Source: Octopus sinensis (Eukaryota). From it: a stretch of 64,000 nt of DNA. The position numbers were made by a program, and so were the translations under genes. Numbering within the stretch: the first letter of the stretch is position 1; each line of letters opens with the position of its first letter. The stretch spans positions 74,834,001-74,898,000 of the forward strand of contig NC_042997.1 of assembly GCF_006345805.1 (NCBI RefSeq), read 5' to 3'. This document shows, one piece after another, positions 25,133 through 37,979 of the stretch. The notes beneath the pieces are model-generated. The model saw only the letters and a program-made list of their open reading frames with translations, was not told the origin of the DNA and made no database searches.

Positions 25133-26655
25133 GCTAAAAGTTAAGTGAATCGTCCAACCTCGCTACGACTACCTTCTTTCTTGCACTTATCCTTATTCTT
25201 TCTCTATTCTTCAATTTCCATTTCATTGTATTGTCCCTCATTCTTTCAGTATTCCCTCATTACCCTGTCTAGCTCAAACATTTTTTTTCGTTTAGACTTG
25301 TCTCCAGGTTCATAGCCACTCTGATTTTTCAATTTTTCAATTTTTCGTTTAGTATTGTCTCCCGATTCATACAAACCCATTTGCTAGCTCACGATTAACA
25401 GAACCTCTTTACTCAGCTACGGTGTTATATTAGCTATATTAGCTATCAATAATGATATTCCCTCTGATTTTTCTGATTTTCAAACCTATTTATCTAATGT
25501 TTATTTATCGACAATGCCGTCCCCAGTCAAATTCCCTCACACCGCTTATTGTCACGTGTCCCTTGACCTCTCTCTCTAACTAACCCTATCTCTCTCTCGC
25601 TATGTCCCCCCTTCCCATAACCATCATTGCCATGGTCCTCTATGCCCCCCCCTTCCCAAAACCATCATCGCCATACATAAAAGAGCGATCGCATTTATCG
25701 TTAACCCCACTCGCTTCAAAATATCTAAAGAATACGCACAGATCATGAATGGCTAAAAGTTAAGTGAATCGTCCAACCTCGCTACGACTACCTTCTTTCT
25801 TGCACTTATCCTTATTCTTTCTCTATTCTTCAATTTCCATTTCATTGTATTGTCCCTCATTCTTTCAGTATTCCCTCATTACCCTGTCTAGCTCAAACAT
25901 CTTTTTTCGTTTAGACTTGTCTCCAGGTTCATAGCCACTCTGATTTTTCAATTTTTCAATTTTTCGTTTAGTATTGTCTCCCGATTCATACAAACCCATT
26001 TGCTAGCTCACGATTAACAGAACCTCTTTACTCAGCTACGGTGTTATATTAGCTATCAATAATGATATTCCCTCTGATTTTTCTGATTTTCAAACCTATT
26101 TATCTAATGTTTATTTATCGACAATGCCGTCCCCAGTCAAATTCCCTCACACCGCTTATTGTCACGTGTCCCTTGACCTCTCTCTCTAACTAACCCTATC
26201 TCTCTCTCGCTATGTCCCCCCTTCCCATAACCATCATTGCCATGGTCCTCTATGCCCCCCCCCCTTCCCAAAACCATCATCGCCATACATAAAAGAGCGA
26301 TCGCATTTATCGTTAACCCCACTCGCTTCAAAATATCTAAAGAATACGCACAGATCATGAATGGCTAAAAGTTAAGTGAATCGTCCAACCTCGCTACGAC
26401 TACCTTCTTTCTTGCACTTATCCTTATTCTTTCTCTATTCTTCAATTTCCATTTCATTGTATTGTCCCTCATTCTTTCAGTATTCCCTCATTACCCTGTC
26501 TAGCTCAAACATTTTTTTTCGTTTAGACTTGTCTCCAGGTTCATAGCCACTCTGATTTTTCAATTTTTCAATTCTTCGTTTAGTATTGTCTCCCGATTCA
26601 TACAAACCCATTTGCTAGCTCACGATTAACAGAACCTCTTTACTCAGCTACGGTG
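25133..26655 (+). repeat. ~2.5 tandem copies of a ~615-bp unit (putative RTE 5' leader)
   Basis: tggctaaaagttaagtgaatcg recurs at 25131, 25750 and 26362; units nearly identical; third copy stops at the RTE core. Confidence 0.95.
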
Positions 26656-29600
26656 CACCCGCCCTCCCACCCCCACCACGCATGCCGGAAGTTCCTATTC
26701 TCTTCCATTCCGGGGTTGCTTCCCATGAAGACTGCAAATGCTCTCACCATCCCTACCCCTCCCTACCCCTAGTCTCGACCTATGTAAGGTAATGTTCATA
26801 CAGTGCAAAATATGAAAGGCTAGCGTTATGCAGGTTGTACTGAAGGCTACTTTACTACTTCATTTCTTGCACATGAATTCTGCCAAATGCGAGCTTTCTT
26901 TTCAGGTACACGAAGCTACTGTCCACCGTCCCAGGGTCTCTAGAGCCCATGCCTTCCACACCCTCAGGGTTGGCACCCTCAACATTGGCACTCTGAAAGG
27001 TAGGTCTGGTGAGATAGTCGAGATGCTTGAACGGAGATGTGTGGATATATGTTGCATGCAAGAAATAAGGTGGAGAGGAGGATCAGCTAGGTTCCTCACA
27101 GGCAAGGAACGCAGGTACAAGATTTTCTGGGCAGGGAACACTGACGGGGTTGGTGGCGTGGGTATACTTATCGCTGAGAAATGGGTAGATAAAGTAATTG
27201 AGGTAATCAGAGTAAGTGACAGAATACTTAATATTAGATTAGTGCTTCATCATAGTTTAGCAACCATTATATCAGCCTATGCTCCTCAGTCGGGGCTACC
27301 CGATGGACAGAAAGACTGATTCTATGACACTCTACTGCAGACTACCTCATTGACGAACGACAGAGACCTTATCTTTGTGGCTGGTGACTTCAATGGTCAC
27401 GTTGGACGACATGCTGGGGGCTTCCATGGCGTACATGGAGGCTATGGCTATGGCTCCCGCAACGAGGAGGGAACCAGGCTGCTGGAGTTCTGCGATGCAA
27501 ATAATCTTATGATTTGCAACACTAACTTCAGGAAACCTACCAGCCACCTAGTCACTTACCAATCGGGCCAACATACCAGCCAAATTGACTACATCCTTAC
27601 AAGGCAAAGGGAGAGATGGCTGCTTATAAATGCCAAAACCTTCCCAGGTGAAGAATGTACCCCACAACACAGACTGGTAGTTAGTGACTTTAGGATCAGG
27701 ACTAGGAGGACAACCAGAAGACGACAAATATGGAGAAGAAGGATCTGGAAGCTTAAAGATCCTGCAAATGGACAGAGATTTAGGGGCATATTACTTGAAG
27801 CCTCTGACGAAGTAGAAGGGGATAGAGCATCACAGGGGGTAGAAGACAGCTGGACGTTTCTAAGGGACAACCTGCTGAGAGCCACTGACCAGATCTGTGG
27901 CTGGTGCAAAGTCCCCTCTCGACCTAGAATAACGTGGTGGTGGAACAATATTGTAGACAGGGCTATTAGAGAAAAGAGACAGGCTTGGAAGGTCTGGAAA
28001 AATGGGGGTAGCAGGGAATTGTATCAGACTGCCAAAAGAGAAGCTAGGAGACAGGTTTATTTAGCCAGAGGGGAAGCAGATAAGAAAAAATTTGCCAATG
28101 TTCTGAGCCGTGAGGACCAAAGACTGGAGGTGTTTCGTGTTGCAAGACACTGTGTGAGAGAGAATCGTGATGTGGTAGGAGAGAAGTGTGTTCGCATGGA
28201 AGATGGTTCACTTGTGCTAAATGAGGATGCAAAGAGAGAGGTTTGGAGATGCCACTATGAAAGGTTGCTGAATGAAGAAAATGAATGGGATAAAGAGAGT
28301 CTGCCGAATGTTGACCCAACAGAGGGACCAGCTATCCAAGTTGATAGTTCTGTGGTAGCTAAGGCAATTAGAAGCATGAAGACAGGAAAGCCCCAGGCCC
28401 ATCAGGAATCACTGCAGAGATGCTCAAAATGTCTGGTAGTGTCGGCTATAGCCTAGTCACCCATATAGTTAATCAGGTGATACACAAAGGGGTCATACCC
28501 AATGACTGGTGTAGCAGTATAATAGTCAACTGCTACAAAGGTAAAGGTGATGCCCTAGATACAAATAACTACAGAGGTATCAAGCTGTTGGACCAGGTGA
28601 TGAAGGTTACGGAGAGGGTCATAGCCCAACTAATTAGAGAGAGAGTTAGTTTAGATGAGATGCAGTTTGGGTTTGTGCCAGGGAAAAGTACTACTGATGC
28701 TATATTCCTGGTAAGGCAGCTGCAGGAGAAATACCTAGCCAAAGATAAGCCCCTGTACCTGGCTTTTGTTGACATGGAGAAAGCCTTCGACAGGGTCCCC
28801 CGATCCCTTATCTGGTGGGCAATGAGAAAACTAGGGATAGATGAATGGTTAGTGAGAGCTGTGCGGGCCATGTATAGGGACGCCGCTAGTAGGGTGAGGG
28901 TTGGAAATGAGTACAGTGAAGAATTCCGGGTAGAGGTAGGGGTCCACCAAGGCTCAGTACTCAGCCCCCTCCTATTTATCATAGTCCTCCAGGCAATAAC
29001 GGAGGAATTCAAGACAGGATGCCCTTGGGAGCTCCTCTATGCTGATGACCTTGCTCTAATTGCTGAGTCGCTATCAGAACTGGAGGAGAAGTTTAAGGTG
29101 TGGAAACAAGGATTAGAATCGAAGGGCCTCAGAGTCAATCTAGCTAAAACCAAAGTCGTAATCAGTAGGAAGGTAGACAAATCACAAACACCTTCAGGTA
29201 GATGGCCCTGCTCGATCTGTAGAAAAGGTGTAGGTAGAAACTCTATAAGATGCACCAAGTGTAAGCTATGGACACATAAGAGATGCAGCAATGTCAAAGG
29301 AAGGCTAACTAGGAAGATGGTTTTTGTATGTGGCAGATGCTCAGGAACAATAAACACTGAAAATGCTCTGAGACCAACTTCCGTCACTTTCCAGGGAGAA
29401 AAACTAGAAATAGTTGATAGTTTCCATTACCTAGGTGACCAAGTCAGCAGCGGGGGCGGGTGTGCTGAAAGTGTAACTGCTAGAGTAAGAATAGCTTGGG
29501 CAAAGTTCAGAGAGCTCTTACCTCTGCTGGTGACAAAAGGCCTCTCGCACAGAGTGAAAGGCAGACTGTATGATGCGTGTGTACGAACAGCCATGCTACA

Positions 29601-30603
29601 TGGCAGTGAAACATGGGCCGTGACTGCTGAGGATATGTGTAAGCTCGCTAGAAATGAAGCCAGTATGCTCCGATGGATGTATAATGCCGGTACTCACACT
29701 CGGCAGAGTGTAAGTACCTTGAGAGAAAAGCTGGACCTAAGAAGCATCAGTTGTGGTGTGCAAGAGAGACGTTTGCGCTGGTATGGTCATGTGGCGAGAA
29801 TGGATGAAGATAGTTGTGTGAAAAAGTGCCACACCCTAGCGGTTGAGGGAACCTGTGGAAGAGGCAGACCCAGGAAAACCTGGGACGAGGTGGTGAAGCA
29901 CGACCTTCGAACTTTAGGTCTCACTGAGGAAATGACTAGAGACCGAGACCTCTGGAAGTGTGCTGTGCGCGAGAAGACCCGGCAGGACAAGTGAGTCCAC
30001 AACCCGTGGCCTTCTACATGGGATGGAGCCAGCCTACGTATGCATACCTTCCCTTCTTGGGACACAAAACTCTACTTGTGAAGACGTGTTGAGGCAAGTG
30101 AGGATCAGAATCGAAATCGATCAATGGAAATTGCGGATGTGCTACCAGTGCCGGTGGCATGTCGAAACTCTGCTTGTGAAGACCCATTGAGGCAAGTGAG
30201 GATCAGAATCGAAATCGATCAATGGAAATTGATCAATGGAAATTGCAGATGTGTTACCAGTGCCGGTGGCATGTAAGAGAACTTTCCGTTTCGCGACCGT
30301 TGCCAGCACTGCCCCGTTTCGTGTCCGTTGCCAGCCTCGCCTGGCCCTCGTGCCGGTGGCACATAAAAAGCACCATCCGTTCGTGGCCGTTTGCCAGCTC
30401 TGTCTGGCACCAGTGCGGGTGGCACGTAAAAAGCACCCACTACACTCACGGAGTGGTTGGTGTTAGGAAGGGCATCCAGCCGTAGAAACACTGCCAGATT
30501 TGACTGGGCCTGATGAAGCCTTCTGGCTTCACAGACCCCAGTAGAACCGTCCAACCCATGCTAGCATGGAAAACGGACGCTAAATGATGATGATGATGAT
30601 GAT
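26652..30603 (+). mobile_element. Full-length RTE LINE copy C
   Basis: ORF 26873-29994 (APE + RT + PHD-like insert), broken by TGA at 27317 and a 1-nt deletion near 28387; 3' UTR; (GAT)n tail. Confidence 0.97.
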
Positions 30604-31330
30604 GTTGTAGTGTTTGTAGCATTTTTAGGGACTGTTAATTTTGTTTTATTAATATTATCTTCACCATTAATAGGTGAGATAATCAAATTTTCCGAAATAG
30701 CATGCACATTTATATCCATTTCATTTTTGTTGTTGTTATTATTCTTGTTGTTCTTGTTGTAGTTAATGGTTGTTGTGTCAGTGGAGGTGGTAGATATGGT
30801 AGTTTCGGTATTGGTGGTGTTGATGACAGGCTTATCAATTTTTGTAGAAACATATTTGTTGACTTTTTCGTCTATTCTTCTTTCTGTCATTCCTAAGCTA
30901 GGAAAATCTTTTTCAGAAAAAAGTGTAGAATATTGGGTAACAATAAGATTTTTCGACATTTTTTATCAAGAAATAAACTTCAATTATTAAAAGGGTGCTG
31001 AAAATGCCCCTAGGGGCAAATTCCACATTTAAAGATTGAAAACTTCAAAACTCCGAAAATGTAAATAAATAGATGTAAACAGAGAGATAATAACGTTTAT
31101 GCGTTATAGGAAACGCTTCGGCGACATATGTAAAGAAGCAGAATTTTTATATGTAAACAAGGCTGAAATTGCCCCTAGGGGCAAAATCCCACCCGGAAAA
31201 CACACCCAGAGAAAAGCTGGGTGTCTTACACACTTCGTGTGCAAAAATTTGAAATAAAACTGTTGCAATAAACAATAAAAAAAAAGCGATTGACTTACAT
31301 ACGAGCCGATCCAACAAAACTATCGATCGA

Positions 31331-31388
31331 GATAGATAGATAGATAGATAGATAGTTAGATAGATAGATAGATAGGTAGGTAGGTAGG

Positions 31389-31462
<74 letters not shown>
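31331..31462. repeat. (GATA)n microsatellite
   Basis: Direct reading; some GGTA units. Confidence 0.97.
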
Positions 31463-34400
31463 TGTTTCTTTATTAGCAACACAGGGCTGCACACAGACGG
31501 GACAAATTACAAGGTAGGGTAGAGCTTTTCTTTTTGGGGATAAAAAAAGGGGGTTTGGTCTTTGATCAAAAGGGATCATAAAAGGAAAGAAAGAGGAAAG
31601 CAAAAAAGGGGGGGGGGGGGATAAAAGGAAAAAGAAAAAATCGATCAATAGGGATCGTTATCACAGAAATGTTAATATAAAGTGTAAGGGGGAAGAAAGG
31701 TGAGGTTTACCCGTGGAAAGAAAAACCTACAGAAAAGACCATGGTAACCTCGGTCAATGAAGTCACATGTTATATTTTTTTTTACAAATAAGCAACTCTC
31801 TGTATTAATTTTTACGGTTCATAGGATCATAGTCAAGGTGGCTTCGTCATTCATACGTGCCATCCTTGCTACATTCACCCATCTTTTTTTAAAACATTCA
31901 CTAGACAAAATTTGCCTCTCTACTCTCACTTTCCTTTTCAAGTGATACTTGAAGAAGTTGATGAGAGATTGACCAGGGAGGAAAGTATTTATCTCCAATC
32001 CTTTCAGGCGCATCCACCAGATACATTCTTTCGCCATAGCCACAAGTATGATAAAAATAGCTCTTCCTTCCTGTTTGAAGGAAGGAGGCGTGACGATATT
32101 AACAATAGACTTGGCTGATAAACTGACACGTCCCGCATGTGACAGTAGTCATGCGATATAAGCCCACAGGTTGGAGATTGTTGGACACTGCACGATTGCG
32201 TGCAGAATGGTTTCATTGCTCTGAACACCTCTTGGGCAGGTCGGCCCTGTGCTTCTCGAGCCATGCCTATAGACCTTATCCCGAATGGGTAGCGCTTCTC
32301 TGTAGCACTGCCAGGCCACGGATCTCTGGAAGTTGTCCATAGGTCCCGGCCCAAAAGTCGTCTCAAACAGGCAAGTCAGGTGTTCCTCGTCGATGCCTAG
32401 GTTTGCCCCAAGATCGTCATCGTACCTTCCTTCCACTAATCCCCTATAGAATGCTTGGGTTGTGTTGAAGTTACTCAAGGTCGACCCGGGATGGCATAGT
32501 TGCCATTCACCCTTCCTTGGCCTCTTTTTGATCTACGACTGTAGTTCTGTCATGGAGACAAGCTGCGGGAAAGCATGCCTCACAAATGGCGACCACACCT
32601 GTTCACCGTCATCTACATAGAGCCGGAGATGTCGCAGTCTCAGCGCGTGTCTGCACATCATCAACCACGGCATGCGCAGCCCTCCTTTTAACGGGTGTTG
32701 ACAGCAAATGGATCGCCTGACCATCGGGACGCATCTTTTCCACAAGAAGCAGAAGAGAATGCCTTCTAGTTTGGTGATGGTAGGGTCAGGACAAGGTACG
32801 ACGGTCAGGCAGTAGTAGATGATGGACGCGATGTACATGTTTGCCACCTCCGCCCGACCTTTTAGGGACAGTTTCCTCTCGGCCCATTGCCTGGCAAGAG
32901 TGACCACACTACTCGTTATCTCGTTCCAGTTCTTCTCCATTTGGAGGTCCGGACCGAACCAGACCCTGAGCAACTCAACCGGGCTGTCCGTCCAGCGCCC
33001 CACGACAGAGGTGCTGGTGGACGGCATGGGCTTGCCTCTCCAAGTGCCGATCCGCAAGCCCACTGACTTTTCCCGGTTGATTTTCACTCCTATCACCGCT
33101 TCATAGTCTTTCAGTGTCTTGCTGACCAGCTCAATGTGATCGTGGTTTGACACTATGATGGTGACGTCGTCCGCAAAAGCAGACACGTTTGCGCCTTGTC
33201 GACCAGTTTCTCGATGACAAGCGCCAACCTCTTGGCTAACACCTTCATCAAAATTTTCAGGTCTGCATTGAGCAGAGTGATTGGCCTAAAGTTATCTATA
33301 ATGTACCCCTTGTTTGGATCTTTCTTCAGCAGCGTTACGGCTCCTCGACTCACAAAACTGGGTATGCTCCCGTTTTGCTGCCAGTTGCAGTATACCGCTG
33401 CCAAGACGTCTCCAAACAAGTCTGGCATACAATTGTAAAACTTGTAGGGCAGACCATCCAAACCCGGCGATTTGTCTCTCGAGCATTCTGCCATTGTGCC
33501 CTGCACATCCACCGCTGTGATGGCACCTTCGCAGCACTCTGCCTCTCTTGCCGAGAGTCGTGACAGGCTGTGCAGATAGGCATTGAAGTCCACCCTGCGT
33601 TCACGCTCGCCACTCGTCCCGTACAGTCGGGCAAAGTGCCACTGAAATGCCTCGCACATCTTGCTGGGCTCGAGCAATTCACGCCCTTATTCATCTACCA
33701 GAGACTGAATGGTGGCTTTGTTGCCCTGCTGTGCCTCCGCCACCCGGGCCTCTCTTGCGGCTCCAACACCTTCCACCCTTAGAGCACGCATCCTATCCCT
33801 GACAACACACCCTTTCATGTTTGGTGTTGAAGTGTTGGTCGAGGGCCAACCTCACCGCTAAAACGCCGGGTGTGATGCTGCTTCTTATTGCCTCTTCTAA
33901 CTTCTTAACTAACTGACCCTCTACTCTATTTCTATCTATGGCTAGTGCCTTGCTGTATCTAATAGCTTCCGCTTTTACTGCTCTCTTGAGGGCGAACCAC
34001 CATTTGTTGTTGACGATGGCTCCCGTTAAAGCCCTCTTTACTAACGTGTTGATTCTGTCTCTGAAAACCTGTCTGGACGGGAAAGATGCGTTTAGTTTCC
34101 AGTAACCAGGACCCTGTTTATGTGCCTTATCTAAGTCTAGCGTACACGTTACGAATTTGTGATCTGTGTAGCTGACTGTGTGGAATTGCGGATATCCTAA
34201 ATTATCCCTGTCTACTGTCCTACACAGTATCCTATCTAGATACAATCTCGACGACCCACTGCGGTTGCTCCATGTCCACGTTGGTGCATTTGGGTAGTCG
34301 AGTCGGTACCTGTCAGAAAGTTGGAATCGTCTGAGCAGGTCTCTGAGGCATTTGCATCCCCTTCTGTTTTTGTCTCTCCCCACATAGTCTAGATGCGTGT

Positions 34401-36312
34401 CCAAGGTAGCATTCCAATCCCCCACTAAAAGTAAAGGATGAGACGTTCCCAGGAATACTTCTAGACGTCAAAAGAAATCCGGCCGACCTGTTAAAGGCGG
34501 TGTGTAGACTGATGCGAGTCGAAAAGCACACCCATTGCTGCCATCGACATCCAGGACAACCAGTCTACCCTCCGGGTCTACGAATATCATCTTGACCTCG
34601 AGATCCAGGCTCTTGTGAAAAAGTACCGCGGTGCCACTACCGCCCATCCTTGGCAGACAGGGAAAAAATAAATGTTAAACTATCTGCCGAACATGGACTT
34701 TAGGGCCCGTGCTCGTGGAGTCTGGTCTCACTTATGGCTATGATTCCCAAATCGTGTGACTTGATGTTATTTAGGAGGTACCCTTGTTTCCAAGGAGACC
34801 CCAACCCATGCGCATTCACACAACCAATCTTGACCATGATCCTATTGAGGTGTGTGCTTTAAAACACAAAAAGGAAAGTACAGAGAGTTACTTACCTGTG
34901 TCGAAAGTTTTGGCTTCCTCGTCCTTTGATGTGTCTGGGAGGAGGTTTTTATAGAGTTTTTTTTGAAAGATACTTTTGGAAACCCCCAACTGCATTTGGA
35001 AAGAGGGCTCTGAGTGTGTGGTGTTGTGTCTGTGTGATGTGGAGTATTTTGATGTGTGGGTGGTGTAGTGCATGGATGGTTGTTAGTTTTGAAGTCATCT
35101 TCACAGATGTTTGTGTGGGCTGTGATGTACTTCATTAGTTTTGAGTCTTTGGTGTCTATCGCTGATAGCATTGTGTGTGTTTTTGTGGTGTTGGTGCTGG
35201 TTTGGTTGTGTGAGGAGCTTTCAGGGTTCAGATATCTCCCTACTTGGGTTGCATTTTCTTGTTTGTTTTTTTTTATCTTTTTCTTTTACCCCCGTTGGCT
35301 ATTTGCCACTCTGTCGAACCTTCATTGTTAGACGAAAAGTCTGACGAATCGGAAGGGGGTAAAGGCAAAACGTTTGGATCTATATGTGTGTTAGTAGAAG
35401 ATGTTGTTGTTTGTGTGGTGTTTGTGTTGTTGGGGCAGAATTTGTCTTTTCGTCATTGTTATTTGTTTTGTTGGTTGTTGTTCTCGGTGCTGGTGTTGGT
35501 CTGTCTTTTGATGTTGGTGGTGATGTTTCTCTTGTTGGTTGCGATGTCGAAGGTAATGTTTGTGGCAGAGTCGTTCATAGTAGTAGTAGTAGATAACTGT
35601 GAAGTCAGGTTGTTTACCAGTTTTCGAGTGGAGGTCGCGATATTAGCGTTCATGCTCACATTTGTGTTCATGTTGTTTTCCCCCATTTCCCCTCCTTTAT
35701 GAAATTGTGGTGAAAGCAGTATGGGGAAATCAACATTGTAAGCATTGTCAAGGAGGATGTCAGTGTTGATGGTGGAATCATTGGTTGTGGTGACAGGGAT
35801 TGGCCTTGCGACCTTGGTTTTGTTGTTGTTGTTGGCAGTGGTATCGTTAGCAGAGGAAGCAGTTGTAGTAACAGAAGCTGCCATGGTGGTGGTGTTGGTG
35901 TTGATGGTGGAGTCATTGGTGGTGGTGATGGTGGAAGGCCTAGTTTTGTAGTTGTTGCTGTTGTTGATGCTGATGGTGGTGGTGGTGGTGTTAGTGGCGT
36001 TGGAACTGTCAGGTTCAGCATTTGGTTGCAAGGAATCTTGCTCTTTTGTTTCGCCGTCATGCTTGACTTGCGCTTTGGCCTTGTGGTGACTAGTAGCCAT
36101 TTTTGAAAATAAAAATGGCTAAAATAGAACCACGGAGCCTTTGAGAATTTTTTAAAATTTTGCCCACAAAGGGGCGAAATTTTGTGTGGATGTTAATGAA
36201 AGTATGTGTTGGGTGCTGTTGTACACCTTTTAGACATAAAATGTTTGACAATCAACAATTTTAAATGTAGAAAACTACCAACTTACTTGGAGCCCATTTG
36301 ACTTGCATCTGT
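31463..36312 (-). mobile_element. Tx1/L1-clade element 2, near full length with internal deletions
   Basis: T/N-rich ORF1 from 36100; APE (MVKIGCVNAHG, GDWNA, YLDRIL); RT (SPGLDGLP, NFRPITLLNAD, AFADD); C-terminal CPRG...HAIVQC region; 3' end AATAAAGAAACA. Confidence 0.93.
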
Positions 36313-36313
36313 C

Positions 36314-36382
36314 GGATGGATGGATGGATGGATGGATGGATGGATGGGTGGATGGGTGGATGGATGGCTAGATAGATAGATA
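36314..36382. repeat. (GGAT)n(GATA)n microsatellite
   Basis: Direct reading. Confidence 0.95.
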
Positions 36383-36679
36383 TCATCTTGTGCGGAACAA
36401 GAATAAATCTAGATAAGAAAAATAATTTTGGTTAGAAGAAAAAGTGATGAAAAAACTTTTAAATGTTGTGTTAAAAAAAATAATCTCAAAGGGGGAGGTG
36501 TTGTGGAGGATGCCCCAGGTAAGAAGTGGTCTACTACTAATAAATAGTGGACTGACACAGTCAGTAATGTTAGTCAGTGAGGTACTCTGTTCGGGCCAGT
36601 CCCCGCAAAGATGACAAAATACACTGTCATAATGCAGGACATAACAGTAACAGAGAGTGAAATTGAAAGGAAACATCAC

Positions 36680-36860
36680 TTCAGAAAAGTTGCTATTTAC
36701 TTGCCAGCTCCTGTATTTAGCCATGGCCAGCTTTATGTGGCCTTAAGTTGTACAAGAAGGAAAACTTTAAAACTTTTTTGAAGCAAACAAGCAGTCAAGG
36801 ATGTTAATTGCAGATAGATTTTTCACAAAAAATTTGGTATTAAATGAATTATCAAACTAA
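36680..36860 (+). pseudogene. Helitron PIF1 helicase C-terminal fragment
   Basis: KVAIYLPAPVFSHGQLYVALS, then FFTKNLV. Confidence 0.75.
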
Positions 36861-37585
36861 AAACTTGGTTTTGTACCTTATCTATATATAAAATACTACA
36901 ATTAGCCGTCATTTTTGAAAGCATGGAGCCAGGTAGTTTATCTATAATACACTAGCAAACACACCTGTCCTTTGGACAGTTTAAGTTACTTTGGCGGTAT
37001 TTTTTAAACCAAATAACTGAACTACTGAGAAGGTTTATGAGTAGCACAGCAATTTATGCTTCCGATTAACCTAGGAACAGAAAACCAAATTGAAGGCTGG
37101 TAAAAGGAAAAACTGTCAAATACAACAGACATATTAACCAGCTTTAGAAAAGATTCACAGAAAAAAAAAACAGTCATGAGAACTGAAATCCCTATGGAAG
37201 TATTGAGTTACTAACATCCAAACAATTTGAAACTACACATTCTAGCACCAGAAAACAGAAAAGAACGGAAACACTGAAATTGAAGCCTAAATGTAAGAGA
37301 TATTAAAACTCAGAGCAGAGTTTAATTCTCAAAAAGGGGGAAGATAGGGGAGACTGATTCTAAAAAAGGGAGATGTTGTGGAAGGATTTTGATCATCCCC
37401 CAAGCGACTAAAGGTGGACTGACTCGTTGTTATAAATTAAAGAACTGTGAGCAATTGGTAGTTCATGAAGTGAGATACAGAGCATTGAATCTTGTGTAAT
37501 ATTAACAGTAATGTGTCATGCATATACTTTCTTTCCACCTGCTTCATTATATTATACATCCGATAATAGGATGTAAAATGGACAA

Positions 37586-37979
37586 GTGGAGGCACAATGG
37601 CCCAGTGGTTAGGGCAGCGGACTCATGGTCATAGGATCGCGGTTTCGATTCCCAGACTGGGTGTTGTGAGTGTTTATTGAGCGAAAACACCTAAAGTTCC
37701 ACGAAGCTCCGGCAGGGGATGGTGGTGATCCCTGCTGTACTCTTTCACCACAACTTTCTCTCACTCTTACTTCCTGTTTCTGTTGTACCTATATTTCAAA
37801 GGGCCGACCTTGTCACTCTCTGTGTCACGCTGAATATCCCCGAGAACTACGTTAAGGGTACACGTGTCTGTGGAGTGCTCAGCCACTTACACATTAATTT
37901 CACGAGCAGGCTGTTCCGTTGATTCGGATCAACCGGAACCCTCGTCGTCGTAACCGACGAAGTGCTTCAAAAAAGATAA
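37586..37979 (+). mobile_element. tRNA-derived SINE with 12-bp TSD
   Basis: A box tggcccagtggtt, B box ggtttcgattccc; TSD taaaatggacaa at 37574-37585 and 37980-37991. Confidence 0.88.

Larger units (their letters stand above)
23916..30959 (-). pseudogene. Tx1-like ORF1 in two parts (30959-30604 and 25132-23916), ~522 aa when joined
   Basis: Removing 25133-30603 and one GTTG copy gives an open frame ...KNATNTTTNNNFDTATTKTHNDNNCQKRTMNFADT... with no frameshift. Confidence 0.75.
23188..31328 (-). mobile_element. Tx1/L1-clade element 1 (5' UTR, ORF1, start of endonuclease), split by RTE copy C
   Basis: ORF1 with RRM-like region and CCHC knuckle (CYLCGIPDHLIAKC); APE start LKLGCVNVCG...DIVVISET; spacer homologous to element 2. 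Confidence 0.85.

Noticed and set aside
26652-26780. HDV-like ribozyme at the RTE 5' end (known in some RTEs)
   Set aside because: No nested double pseudoknot could be built, and the candidate hairpin in C is not conserved in B.
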